A stretch of DNA of 64,000 nt from an uncultured Verrucomicrobiae bacterium (GCA_963719495.1 CAVRCI010000002.1:64001-128000); one strand, 5' to 3'; shown: positions 30,119 to 40,394, numbered from the stretch's first letter. Notes: generated by a model not told the origin, from the sequence alone. Translations and numbers: made by a program.

Positions 30119-30907
30119 TCAGCCACCCTGAACGGGCGAGCGAGTTTGTCTGGTGATCTTCTGGAAGTTGACGGTCCGCGCAACCCCAAGAGCGAAGCGG
30201 CTAGGGGTTGGCTGCAGCGCCTTGTTAGCCTGTATTGCATTTCTGATAAAGAACCCTAGAAAAGCCAAGAAAAAGTAGCCGACGATCTGTGGCTCCGGAA
30301 TAATTACGATGGATTCAAGGCTGTATGCCGTCCCATTCGGAATACTAAAGAACCATCGAGTTTCGTAAATTGTTCGCAACTCGCTCATTGTGCTTTCAGT
30401 GCTCACGTAGTCGGAGAGGGCAAGCCGGAAGGTGGTGGTCTCAGCGGGAATTGTAGGTCGATAAATCAAGGTGCCATCGATCGCCCGCAAAGCAATGGTT
30501 GCGTTGATGTCGCTCATCGGCGCGTTTCTGAAGGTGATAACGATCTCGCCAAGATTCGAGTAATACGTCGACAGATCTAAATATGGGCCGGAAAACTCAG
30601 AATCGTGATAGAGTCCTAAAACTCCAGAGGTATCGGAGCCCGAAGTGGAAAGAGCGAGAGCGCCGTTTGATAGATTGGCCGAGATGCTTCGAGCATCGAC
30701 AGGTCTATTCTCAATCGAGACGAACATGGTCCGCTGATCAAATAGAGTTGATGGGGCTGAATCGGTTCCTGAGAAGGTGGTAGTAGAGCCAAAATTGGCA
30801 ACGAGTGGCTGCGTCCGCGTTGTGGCAGTGAAGTCATCAATTATGATGGAAGCCTGCCCCGCCGATATAATTGAAAGAAACGCGAGAAGTTGAATGAGTT
30901 TTTTCAT
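30119..30907 (-). CDS. PEP-CTERM-type exported protein (stop at far end of attC)
   Basis: Signal peptide; IPEP + hydrophobic helix + R. Confidence 0.7.
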   Translation of the reverse strand: MKKLIQLLAFLSIISAGQASIIIDDFTATTRTQPLVANFGSTTTFSGTDSAPSTLFDQRTMFVSIENRPVDARSISANLSNGALALSTSGSDTSGVLGLYHDSEFSGPYLDLSTYYSNLGEIVITFRNAPMSDINATIALRAIDGTLIYRPTIPAETTTFRLALSDYVSTESTMSELRTIYETRWFFSIPNGTAYSLESIVIIPEPQIVGYFFLAFLGFFIRNAIQANKALQPTPSRFALGVARTVNFQKITRQTRSPVQGG

Positions 30908-31046
30908 GAATTATAGGCTAACGTTAAGCTCAGCCACCCTGAGCGGGCGACCGAGCGAACCCCCGGGTGAGCTGCCAATAGCGGGACCGAGCAACCCCAG
31001 CCAGCGAAGCGGCTAGGGGTTGGCTGCAGCGCCTTGTTCGGCTGTA

Positions 31047-31502
31047 TTATTCGTCTTGCACAACCTGATCTCTCGACGACACCTCAAGTAATTTCTGGAC
31101 CATTGCGATGATCTCAGTGACTTTATTCAAAATGTCAAAGTGTGACGCTAGGCTGCCAAGAATTATGTTCATGATATCGAGAGCATCGCGGAGAAGTTCC
31201 TTTCCACCCAACCGATGAAATAAGCTTGCTGCCTTATCGAAGGCTTTTAGCTTGAAGGTGAGATCAGCTGATTCAGCTTTTAGCCCAACACTTTCTAGGA
31301 CCTCAGGCGGAATATTTTGCGTAACCTCAGCGGATGCTAGGTCTAAGATGGTGGAACTTCGTTTCAGTGCATTTTGTGTAGTTGATCGAATATCCGATGA
31401 AAATAGGATGTAATTCGCCATGTTGGCTCGGTAGAGGATATGGGAGGATTTCGAAAGGAATTCAGAGAGATCTTTCGTTGGCTCGGTTAGTTTTAGGTCC
31501 AT
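31047..31502 (-). CDS. Hypothetical protein
   Basis: 151 aa ORF ending next to R''. Confidence 0.65.
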   Translation of the reverse strand: MDLKLTEPTKDLSEFLSKSSHILYRANMANYILFSSDIRSTTQNALKRSSTILDLASAEVTQNIPPEVLESVGLKAESADLTFKLKAFDKAASLFHRLGGKELLRDALDIMNIILGSLASHFDILNKVTEIIAMVQKLLEVSSRDQVVQDE

Positions 31503-31738
31503 TGGATTTGTTGATGTATTTTGGTTCTTCTGATGAAGGTAATGAGGCGCAATGCTTGATTTTTAGGACGGTCCTGCTCTTCATGTGCAGTTTATCCTGC
31601 GGAGGTTCTTATACTGAGCCGAACGTAAAGCTCAGCCACCCCGAGCGGGCAAACAAGCCAACTCTGAGGTGAACTGCCGGAAGCGGGACCGAGCAGCCCC
31701 AGCCAGCGAAGCGGCTAGGGGTTGGCTGCAGCACCTTT

Positions 31739-32083
31739 TTAGCCCCGTATTGCTTCTATTCGATCAAGATAAACGTTTATCAGCTTGTGACCCGGAAGCA
31801 GATCTTCGATTCTGGGCCAAACGCGTTCTAGAAATGCATGAAAGTCACGCTTCCTGAGATTGCCAATCCGAAGATGCACGACCCAAGGTGGAGGAGAGGA
31901 CAGCATTGCGCGGTTAGAGAAATCAGAATCTTTGGTCACAATGCAGAGTGAATGCTGCAGCGAGTAGGTCCAAATGGGGGTGTCTTGGACACTTGTTCCC
32001 AAGTTATAGGAATGAATTATGGGCTTCGATGGTTTGAACAGGAGCCTATCCGGCAGGTTCTCATCGAATAGGAATCCGGTCAT
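31739..32083 (-). CDS. DUF5615 PIN-like toxin
   Basis: FLFDENLP...IVTKDSDF...PPP.VVHLRIGN. Confidence 0.88.
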   Translation of the reverse strand: MTGFLFDENLPDRLLFKPSKPIIHSYNLGTSVQDTPIWTYSLQHSLCIVTKDSDFSNRAMLSSPPPWVVHLRIGNLRKRDFHAFLERVWPRIEDLLPGHKLINVYLDRIEAIRG

Positions 32084-32301
32084 GCCACCTGTTGAAGCGA
32101 GTAGTGATGGCTCAGAAGATTCGACGAAAAATTGAAACAGGCCAAAATGTCATCTTTGGTAAGTCGGGGGTATTCTTCGAGAATCTCCTCTATCGAGTCC
32201 CCGGCAGCGAGAAACTCAAGAATCGTTCGCGCTGTAACGCGCGAGCCTTCGATGACTGGTTGTCCGTTGCAGATGTCCGGGTCAATGACGATTTTGCTCA
32301 T
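32080..32301 (-). CDS. DUF433 antitoxin
   Basis: DPDICNGQPVIEGSRV...YP.LT.DDI. Confidence 0.9.
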   Translation of the reverse strand: MSKIVIDPDICNGQPVIEGSRVTARTILEFLAAGDSIEEILEEYPRLTKDDILACFNFSSNLLSHHYSLQQVA

Positions 32302-32467
32302 AGATGATAGCGTAGTCGATTCGGTAGTCTTGGCAACGCTTCATGGGCTAACGTCAAGCTCAGCCACCCTGAGCGGAGCAACGAACGTCTAGGCGAGGTG
32401 TTTGCCGGAAGGGGATCGTTCGGCCAAGGCTTGCCGCTGGTCGGCTAGGGGTTGGCTGCAGCGCCTT

Positions 32468-32817
32468 GTTCGTCGGAAACGGTGACTGCACAATGGAGGA
32501 CCAGAGCGTCCGACAGGCTGACGATGATCAAATCCAGCAAGCGGCTTCGTTAGAGCATTCAGTCGAAGAGGCTTCTGTGGTCCAGATTGACTACGCATTA
32601 TAAATATATTGCTCGTGACACGAAAAGGGCGGAACGGATTCTGGATGGATCTACTCATGCCGCGTGAGCGCCCCAAGCTTGCATGGCAGGCGAATAATCG
32701 TTGGCGTCGAATCGGGAGTGATCAATAGAAAACCAGAATCGTGCTCAATCGTATGCCGAATGGAATCGAACAACTCTGAACCGTTCCTTGATCTCAACCC
32801 CAATAAATCAGGCGAAC
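32468..32817 (-). other. ORF-less cassette family C, copy 5
   Basis: Similar to 3320-3669. Confidence 0.85.
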
Positions 32818-32931
32818 GTCAAGCTCAGCCACCCTGAGCGGGTAATCAAGCCAACCCTGAGGTGAGCTGCCAATAGCGGGACCGAGCAACCCCAGCCAGC
32901 GAAGCGGCTAGGGGTTGGCTGCAGCGCCTTG

Positions 32932-33660
32932 TTAGGTCTCATTCGTATTCTTCTGTAGGGCGATTGAATAGCGAGTCACCCGCTCACATAGGAATGGAAT
33001 ATTACGAACGTCCTCGGCGTCCATGAGAAAGTTGCCTTCAGTATTGATTGCCGCTTGAGACATATCGAACTCGAAGGGTCGGCTGGTGATAAAAAATGTG
33101 AATAAAATCCCCGAAATGACAGTCCGGTATGTGTGATGGCCGTCCATCTTGAGCTTATCTGGCGGCAAGATCCAATCCGGTTGATACTCTCCCTCCAATA
33201 GCAGCCCCGTCAAAACAGTAGGATATAGATCTGGTGGCCCGGGGTCTCCAGCGAGAAGCATTAAACGTAGTCGTTCCTGATGTGGGCCAAGCTTTACAGC
33301 GGAGAAGATCTCAAGTGTCGAGATACCCATCCGCCAGATTAGCGACATGAGATATAGCTTGAAGGGAAGATAGTCGATGCCTCCAAGTCGCATATAGTGA
33401 TCGGTCCTCTCTACGAGATAAACCGTGTCGTCAAAAATTACCTTTTTTGCATATCCCTCCCATCTTGAAAATACGCCTTCACAAGTATCACAGAGCAGTT
33501 CTTCTCGAAAGCCTTTCTGTTCAAACTTCTGTTTCTGATTGGGATCTGTCGAGATGACGTAGAATCTGTGCTTATTATCGTATAGTGGCTTATACTGAAA
33601 CTCAGGAATGATGTGAGAATTTCGCAGTGCTGATTCTTGATGGCAAAGTTGGCATCTCAT
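32932..33660 (-). CDS. HNH-like zinc-binding protein
   Basis: CQLC....L.NSHIIP...LLCDTCE. Confidence 0.7.
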   Translation of the reverse strand: MRCQLCHQESALRNSHIIPEFQYKPLYDNKHRFYVISTDPNQKQKFEQKGFREELLCDTCEGVFSRWEGYAKKVIFDDTVYLVERTDHYMRLGGIDYLPFKLYLMSLIWRMGISTLEIFSAVKLGPHQERLRLMLLAGDPGPPDLYPTVLTGLLLEGEYQPDWILPPDKLKMDGHHTYRTVISGILFTFFITSRPFEFDMSQAAINTEGNFLMDAEDVRNIPFLCERVTRYSIALQKNTNET

Positions 33661-33812
33661 AAGACCTAACGTCAAGCTCAGCCACCCTGAGCGGGTGACC
33701 GAGCCAACCCCCAGGTGAGCTGCCGGTAGCGGGTTCGAGCAACCCCAGCCAGCGAAGCGGCTAGGGGTTGGCTGCAGCGCCTTGTTCGGCTGTATTCGAG
33801 ATCGACGTTACT

Positions 33813-34112
33813 TTAACGACTATTTGCTTCTGTGATGCTGTCGGCGATGTCGGCCAACATGAGTGCAGCTTCCTTCACGATCTTTCCGATCACCACGTAG
33901 ATCACGCCGATAAGAATCGAGATAAATAATGTCATGACCCCAGGTAAGAACTGTTGAGTCATCATTCCGATTCCACCGATCAATCCAAATAGGACCACAA
34001 TTCCACCCAGAACATATATGAGTATTGCGATGATACCGATGACAGAGCGAAAGGTTGGATAGGCTGAATCAGATCGGATTGAGGAAATGTAGTTTTGTTT
34101 TTGTGTGTTCAT
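33813..34112 (-). CDS. Membrane protein
   Basis: Two TM helices; YP.FR and LADIAD motifs. Confidence 0.75.
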   Translation of the reverse strand: MNTQKQNYISSIRSDSAYPTFRSVIGIIAILIYVLGGIVVLFGLIGGIGMMTQQFLPGVMTLFISILIGVIYVVIGKIVKEAALMLADIADSITEANSR

Positions 34113-34368
34113 GTTTTGGTTTTGGGTTTTGGTAAATTTTGTTTTTTGGGCTAGCTTGCCTCAATCTCGGATCTACTCGAAAAATCGAATGACCGGGCTT
34201 TCTCTAATTGGACGGAAATAGATCGAATGGATCAATATGAGCCGAACGTCAAGCTCAGCCACCCTGAACGGGCGGACTGAGGCTACTGGTGATCAACTGC
34301 CGGTAAGAGGTCCGCGCAACCTCTAGGAGCGCAGCGGATAGGGGTTGGCTGCAGCGCCTTGTTAGGCC

Positions 34369-34632
34369 TCATCGATCTGCGTGGACAAGACTCAAAATCT
34401 TCACGTGTCGATCAGGGAAGTCGATCCAGTAATGTATTGCGAATCCCAGCCGAATTGAAATCTCTACCCGGCGGCTTGTGGAATCTGCTTCTGAAAAATC
34501 TGAATAGCTGTCAGGAGATTGTCGGATCGCTTCAAAATGCCGGAACAATTGGTGCCGCTTCTTCTTCGGAAGTGAATCTAGAGTGTGAACGGTCTCTAAA
34601 TCGATTAAGAGTCTGTAGTCCAAAGGAATCAA
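34369..34632 (-). CDS. Putative RelE-like toxin
   Basis: Homologue of 13884-14138. Confidence 0.6.
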   Translation of the reverse strand: MIPLDYRLLIDLETVHTLDSLPKKKRHQLFRHFEAIRQSPDSYSDFSEADSTSRRVEISIRLGFAIHYWIDFPDRHVKILSLVHADR

Positions 34633-34823
34633 TCCGCGTAGCGAGCTCTCAAATCGTCGAGTTCAACCCAATTCGAGGTGTCCTTGTCATTGATCTTCGC
34701 AGACAAAACTGCCTTGAACTCCGTGTCGTCCGCGGTCTGTCGTGCGACCATAAATGCGACCAACTCACGTTGCTCTGATTCAGGAAGATGCAGAACAGCA
34801 TCTTTTATTTGATGAAGCGACAT
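34629..34823 (-). CDS. Putative antitoxin
   Basis: Homologue of 14146-14343. Confidence 0.65.
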   Translation of the reverse strand: MSLHQIKDAVLHLPESEQRELVAFMVARQTADDTEFKAVLSAKINDKDTSNWVELDDLRARYAD

Positions 34824-34829
34824 AGTTTG

Positions 34830-34857
34830 ATTCTACGATTACTGCTTGGAAGCGCAA
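34830..34857 (-). promoter_or_regulatory. sigma70-like promoter, predicted leaderless
   Basis: TTGCGC-16-TAGAAT-6 nt-ATG. Confidence 0.65.
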
Positions 34858-34990
34858 TCTCATTTTTTGGCCTAACGTCAAGCTCAGCCACCCTGAGCGG
34901 GCAATCAAGCCAACCCTGAGGTGAGCTGCCAGTAGCGGGTCCGAGCAACCCCAGCCAGCGAAGCGGCTAGGGGTTGGCTGCAGCGCCTTG

Positions 34991-35620
34991 TTAGGCCGTG
35001 TTGCTGTATTTTGAAGCGAGCCGGTTGATGTGATATTCGTCTGTCTCGATTGATCTTTGCAACCTCTTCATTTCTATACGACCGACGATGTATGAAATCT
35101 TTCGCTCGTCGAAGATTGTTGGTCGAAAAGCGCTGATATACGAAATGAGGTCTTTCAATTGAATGACGCTTTCTCCCATCTCAGTTTTTAAAGAGGCAGC
35201 GCCGGAGAATACGACCAGATTCACAAAAGATTCACTGGGGAGCTTGAATAACTGACGAAGAGCCTGGATGTGGCCGTCGTTCTGCGATAAGGGATTCTGA
35301 AATCTTGATTTTTTCCGGTAGATTGTCTGTGTCCACTGCTTCTGATTTGGTCCGCCAAATATCCATCCTTGGTAGTGCTTGGTCTCGATTACAAAGATTG
35401 CTGTATCCGTAATTAGGACATGATCGATTTGTGTCGATCCTTCGCTGGTCGGAAGTGTTATGTTATTAATCAGGTGATACAGGGGCAGATTTGCATCGTG
35501 AATGCAGTTTATCACACGCGATTCACCGACATCCTTGCGAATTTCACGCGTGCGGCGGATTGATATGCCTGCTGCAAATCCAAGGAAAAGTGCTACGCAG
35601 ATCCAGAGTAGTTCTGTCAT
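34991..35620 (-). CDS. NERD nuclease-related domain protein with N-terminal TM
   Basis: GE..V...TQIDHV.....IFVIETKHY.GWI.G...W.Q...FQNP..QN..H. Confidence 0.9.
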   Translation of the reverse strand: MTELLWICVALFLGFAAGISIRRTREIRKDVGESRVINCIHDANLPLYHLINNITLPTSEGSTQIDHVLITDTAIFVIETKHYQGWIFGGPNQKQWTQTIYRKKSRFQNPLSQNDGHIQALRQLFKLPSESFVNLVVFSGAASLKTEMGESVIQLKDLISYISAFRPTIFDERKISYIVGRIEMKRLQRSIETDEYHINRLASKYSNTA

Positions 35621-35912
35621 ATGGGCCTAACGTCAAGCTCAGCCACCCTGAGCGGGCAATCAAGCCAACCCTGATGTGAGCTGCCGATAGAGGGATCGAG
35701 CAACCCCAGCCAGCGAAGCGGCTAGGGGTTGGCTGCAGCGCCTTGTTCGGCTGTATTCGAAGTTAGTAAAGACTTGCTCAATAAGTAGCGCTTCGCGGGT
35801 GCATCGCAAATAAAATGTTCCTGCTCTTCTGTAATGTGGAATCCCATCCCAACGAAAAACGGCATAGCTGTCGTGCTCGATTCGGTGTAGAGAAGTGAAA
35901 TACGCTTGTCAT

Positions 35913-37399
35913 TGTCGGGGCCTGTTCAAAAGTGAACGGAGACTGTTCAAAAGCGGAATGAGAGACTGTTCAAAAGTGGATTGGGGGTTTTGGGGCGTTG
36001 TATTGGGAGACGCGGGAAGCGCCTCGGAGGAGGCCGGAGCGTAGCGGAGGCTGACGGAGAGGCGCTTCCCGCGTGCGCGCCTGCTCCCCGGCCCCAGTGC
36101 CCCAAGGATACCAGCCGTTGGGGTGAAGCGTTTGTGGAACGCGCTGGCTTGCGCGCTCGCCTGGTCGATTATCCCGGATTGAAAAGAAGCAGATTACCCA
36201 CCGTCTCCCGCCAGATTTTGTCCGTCGCACACTTGCAGGTTTCAATGCGGGACTTCTCGATGCCAGCAATGCCGCAAGCCAGTTAGGCATCGGCAAAACC
36301 AGGCTCTATGAACTCCGCACGGCCTACCTCGCAAATCGTAATTCCTACGCCCCGGCTGCCAGCGGGGGCGCTCGTCGCGCCGACTGGCCGCCCGAAGTTG
36401 AACGCTTTCTCCAAGAGTTTCTGCCGCTTCAGAACCCACCCAATTACCAGTTAGTCGCCGACGAACTTGAGCGACTCTGCGGATTCGTTCGGGCGCGCTC
36501 GGTCGTCGAGACCCACGTCAAAGCGCGCTACGCCCATCTGGTGCCCTCGCCGACCCGCAAGCCTCGCGTTTATCGGCGCTTCCGTCGCGCTCGCATCGGC
36601 GAACTTTGGCAGCACGACAGTTCGATCCACCAATGGTGGCCCGCCGCCGCTAAACAGACTTTACTGCTCACCGTCGACGACCATTCGGGCCTGAATCTAG
36701 CAGGTCGCTTCGTGGAATCCGATACCACTTGGAACCATTTCGGACATTTCCGCGAATCCTTCGAGACCTGGGGCCTGCCGCAGATCGTTTACACTGATGG
36801 CCTCAGCCTCTTCGGGCCAAGTTCCAGCGGCGATCACTGCGATCCTAAGAGTGAATTCCAACGCGCCCTCCGCGGACTCGGCGTCGCTCACTTAGTGGCA
36901 CCGACCCCACAAGCTAAGGGTAAGATCGAGCGCCGTTTCGGGACTTTCCAGAGACGGCTCGTCACACTACTCGCCCATGCCAGCGCCAAAACTTGGCCCC
37001 AGGCCGACGAAATTCTTCAGATGGAGATTGCCAGGCAGAACCGTACCGTCAATCGCTCCACCGGCAAGGTCCCGCTCCATCTGTGGGAAGCGCAGTCGCT
37101 TGGCGACAGCGGGCGCATGCGCCCCATCCCGCCTTCCGCGCTCCTAGACTTACACCTCTCAATCCGCTGCTCCCGCCGGGTGAACAATGACCACACCATC
37201 GACTTCGATGGCTCCAACTACGAGATCTCCAACACCCAGCGCAAGAGCGTCACCATCGTCCACCATCCCGGAAGCCGTTTCTGGGTCGTCGAACACCCTC
37301 CCAAAACCGTCTGGCCCCCCATTCTAGGCCACTTCAGCCTCTAAAATCGCTGTTCGCTTTTGAACAGGCGAGAATTCCGCTTTTGAACAGTCGCCGATA
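35913..37399 (+). mobile_element. IS1202-family (IS481-related) element
   Basis: Ends TGTCGGGGCCTGTTCAAAAG / CTTTTGAACAGTCGCCGATA; 3 left + 2 right CTGTTCAAAAG repeats; 16 bp duplication GAAATACGCTTGTCAT. Confidence 0.88.
36178..37344 (+). CDS. DDE transposase (HTH + rve core); start codon uncertain, possibly ATT
   Basis: Frame open from 36127; HTH AASQLGIGKTRLYELR; GELWQHDSS, VDDHS, YTDG, PQAKGKIER motifs. Confidence 0.85.
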   Translation: MEKKQITHRLPPDFVRRTLAGFNAGLLDASNAASQLGIGKTRLYELRTAYLANRNSYAPAASGGARRADWPPEVERFLQEFLPLQNPPNYQLVADELERLCGFVRARSVVETHVKARYAHLVPSPTRKPRVYRRFRRARIGELWQHDSSIHQWWPAAAKQTLLLTVDDHSGLNLAGRFVESDTTWNHFGHFRESFETWGLPQIVYTDGLSLFGPSSSGDHCDPKSEFQRALRGLGVAHLVAPTPQAKGKIERRFGTFQRRLVTLLAHASAKTWPQADEILQMEIARQNRTVNRSTGKVPLHLWEAQSLGDSGRMRPIPPSALLDLHLSIRCSRRVNNDHTIDFDGSNYEISNTQRKSVTIVHHPGSRFWVVEHPPKTVWPPILGHFSL

Positions 37400-37846
37400 G
37401 AAATACGCTTGTCATTTGCTTCATGTTCGATTGCGATGTAAAGCAGCCGCCCAATTCCTTTCCTTGTCCAGCGGTGGTGAACGTAGAAGTAATCAATGTG
37501 GCCATCACGGTCGAGCTCCGCAAAACCGAGTATTGATTGCTGGTGGCGGACAACAAAAGGATTCTTCAGACGAATCCGATCGGCCCACTCATTTATATCT
37601 TTGTTTGATGGCGCCCAACGCTCGCATTGCGCTGGCGTGTAATCACGTCCGTTGACGATGTGAGTCGTGTCATAATATATTTTCCAAAGGATTGCCTCTT
37701 CTCCGGAAACATATCGATTAACGAGGTAAGTTGAATTGCTCATAGTGAAGCCGAACGTCAAGCTCAGCCACCCTGAGCGGGCAATCAAGCCAACCCCGAG
37801 GTGAGCTGCCAGTAGCGGGACCGAGCAACCCCAGCCAGCGAAGCGG

Positions 37847-38431
37847 CTAGGGGTTGGCTGCAGCGCCTTGTTCGGCATCAGTCTGACCAGCAGTCATTGA
37901 ATTTTCGGAGCAAACAATTCTCGTATGAATTGAAGTTATGTATATATTAGCTATCTCAAAAGTTTCCTCAATCCCTTCCCAAAAAGCCAAGTCTAGATTC
38001 TCAATTCTTGGACTCGACTGGAAATAACTCACGCAGATCTCGTTGTGCTTTTGCAATATCGTTCCATGTGCAAAAGCGTTTCTATAGCGAATTACCCTTG
38101 AGAATGTCTTCTCGAATTTATTCCGATCCTGCGGATCCAAAATTCGAAGTTGCTCACAAATCCAAAAGATTGTCTTTCGCTTACTCTCAAACGAAAAGAA
38201 ACTTGAGTGCACAATCTGATCCATGAATACATTGAGCAAATTTGGGTCATTTCTTATAAAGAAGGCGCCAATTATCTCAGCACAATTTTGTTCGATTCCG
38301 AGAGCACTCCGAATTACGAGACTGCCGTTTCGAAAGGCAATTTCGATTTCATCGAGTTGCATCTGCTGTGGAACATTTGCTTCCATCTGCATGATTGCCT
38401 TTGCTTGGAAGGGGAGCGTGATGATCTTCAT
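37847..38431 (-). CDS. Putative HEPN-like protein
   Basis: RNAFAH (Rx4H) motif in helical protein. Confidence 0.6.
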   Translation of the reverse strand: MKIITLPFQAKAIMQMEANVPQQMQLDEIEIAFRNGSLVIRSALGIEQNCAEIIGAFFIRNDPNLLNVFMDQIVHSSFFSFESKRKTIFWICEQLRILDPQDRNKFEKTFSRVIRYRNAFAHGTILQKHNEICVSYFQSSPRIENLDLAFWEGIEETFEIANIYITSIHTRIVCSENSMTAGQTDAEQGAAANP

Positions 38432-38573
38432 GGGAACTATAGCCGAACGTCAAGCTCAGCCACCCTGAGCGGGCAATCGAGCCAAACCCCAGGTGAGCTG
38501 CCAATAGCGGGACCGAGCAACCCCAGCCAGCGAAGCGGCTAGGGGTTGGCTGCAGCGCCTTGTTCGGCTGCAT

Positions 38574-38930
38574 TCATGGAAGTTCTACAGTTCGATTGAC
38601 CAAATCCCAATTTGCGACAAGCTTCAGGCGAGCGGTGGTTTGATTCCATTGCATTTCATCTACCATAGATGCCAACTCAATTGGTGCCGTTCCGCAAGAA
38701 AGGCCTTCGCGAGTGAATACAGTCACATATCCAGACTTATCACCCGATGAACCAGGCATCATTGGAACGCTGAATTGCCATGCGGAACAGGTTACGATTG
38801 CGAGAAACTCTCGATTGGGGCTTTGGTTGCGACGGCATTCGATCTGACGGAAGATGGTAAAGTAGCCTAAGAAACCTAATACAAGAACTATGGCGGTTCC
38901 GAGAATGATCAACTTCTGTCTGCGCTTCAT
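38574..38930 (-). CDS. Membrane-anchored hypothetical protein
   Basis: N-terminal TM; MMPGSSGD motif; duplicate at 52181-52537. Confidence 0.75.
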   Translation of the reverse strand: MKRRQKLIILGTAIVLVLGFLGYFTIFRQIECRRNQSPNREFLAIVTCSAWQFSVPMMPGSSGDKSGYVTVFTREGLSCGTAPIELASMVDEMQWNQTTARLKLVANWDLVNRTVELP

Positions 38931-39120
38931 GATCCAGCCCGGTCGAAAGGTGGTTTTCTCGTTCAGCAGGTTACTCGGGGTATTCATCCACCGGAGGTCG
39001 AGCCGAACGTCAAGCTCAGCCACCCTGAGCGGGCAATCGAGCCAACCCTGAGGTGAACTGCCAGTAGAGGGTCCGCGCAATCCCAGCCGCGAAGCGGCTA
39101 GGGGTTGGCTGCAGCGCCTT

Positions 39121-39500
39121 GTTCGGCTATAACCGCACAAGCTACGAGTGATGTTGCAATCACGCTGCCAACCCCTCCCTGAATTTGACCGTATGCATTT
39201 TATTATTGACCGTTCGAATAAGAGAAATGCCGTAAACTAGATGAAACTGAGCAGCGCGTGGAACGAGAGATGGCTTGAACAGGGCTTGTAGGGTGAGACC
39301 TGAAAATCACCAAAATATTTTCGCTTCGCTTCGCGAAGAAATGCGGATGAAGGGGAGGTGATGAAATGGCGTGGATTTTCTCCAACGTGCCGCAATTACA
39401 GAATCGCTGGGCATCACCATATATTCCGCTCCGTCAAGCAATGTCGGGAGCGATTAGCGAGTTGCTCAGGAAATATCATCCGCCGGAGGCTGAGCCGAAC
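39121..39500 (-). other. ORF-less cassette family F
   Basis: Homologous to 56467-56848; no conserved ORF. Confidence 0.75.
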
Positions 39501-39616
39501 GTCAAGCTCAGCCACCCTGAGCGGAGCAACGAACGTCTAGGCAAGGTGTTTGCCGGAAGGGGGATCGGTTGGCCAAGGCTTGCCTCAGACCGGCTAGGGG
39601 TTGGCTGCAGCGCCTT

Positions 39617-39966
39617 GTTCGTCGGAAACGGTGACTGAACAATGGAGGACCCGAGCGTCCGACAGGCTGACGATGACCAAATCCAGCAAGCGGCATCGTT
39701 AGAGCATTCAGTCGGAGGGGCTCCTGTGGTCCAGATTGACTACGCATTATAAATATATTGCTCGTGACACGAGAAGGGCGGAACGGATTCTGGATGGATC
39801 TACTCATGCCGCGTGAGCGCCCCAAGCGTGCATGGCAGGCGAATAACCGTTGGCGTCGAATCGGGAGTGATCAATGGAAAACCAGAATCGTGCTCAATCG
39901 TATGCGGAAGGGAATCGCGCAGCTCTGAACTTTTTCTTGATCTCAACTCCAATAAATCAGGCGAAC
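39617..39966 (-). other. ORF-less cassette family C, copy 6
   Basis: Similar to 3320-3669. Confidence 0.85.
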
Positions 39967-40079
39967 GTCAAGCTCAGCCACCCTGAACGGGCGAGCGGAG
40001 GCAACTGGTGATCAGCTGCAGGTAGAGGGTCCGCGCAACCCCAAGAGCGAAGCGGATAGGGGTTGGCTGCAGCGCCTTG

Positions 40080-40394
40080 TTAGGGCTGTATTATGATATA
40101 GCTTCCAGGGTCCGCCGTATCCACCGCTGTGACAATCTTCGGAATGAAGGGCTTGAGAAATGGCCAGCGAATCGTGAAGAGTTCGACAATAGCGATCTTG
40201 CGGTTGGACAAGTTTTGCTGATACCGGAGGTTCTTGTCTCCGAGGACAAAAACATCGAAGCGGGCGTCAATCAGCTTCATCAACTCACCATTTTTAACGC
40301 CGGCCCAACCCTGATGTTGCACCGAAGTAGTGGAATGGTGATCGAGATACTTCAGTAGCGGATGAGGAACATTCTCATCAATGATGACCGTCAT
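40080..40394 (-). CDS. DUF5615 PIN-like toxin
   Basis: Homologue of 18158-18475. Confidence 0.85.
   Translation of the reverse strand: MTVIIDENVPHPLLKYLDHHSTTSVQHQGWAGVKNGELMKLIDARFDVFVLGDKNLRYQQNLSNRKIAIVELFTIRWPFLKPFIPKIVTAVDTADPGSYIIIQP

Larger units (their letters stand above)
35722..37743 (-). pseudogene. GNAT acetyltransferase interrupted by IS1202-like element
   Basis: Both halves match intact copy 51524-52042. Confidence 0.9.

Noticed and set aside
37351..37366. LexA-type TGTTC-N4-GAACA box
   Set aside because: Spacer is 6 nt and the sequence is part of the IS terminal repeats.
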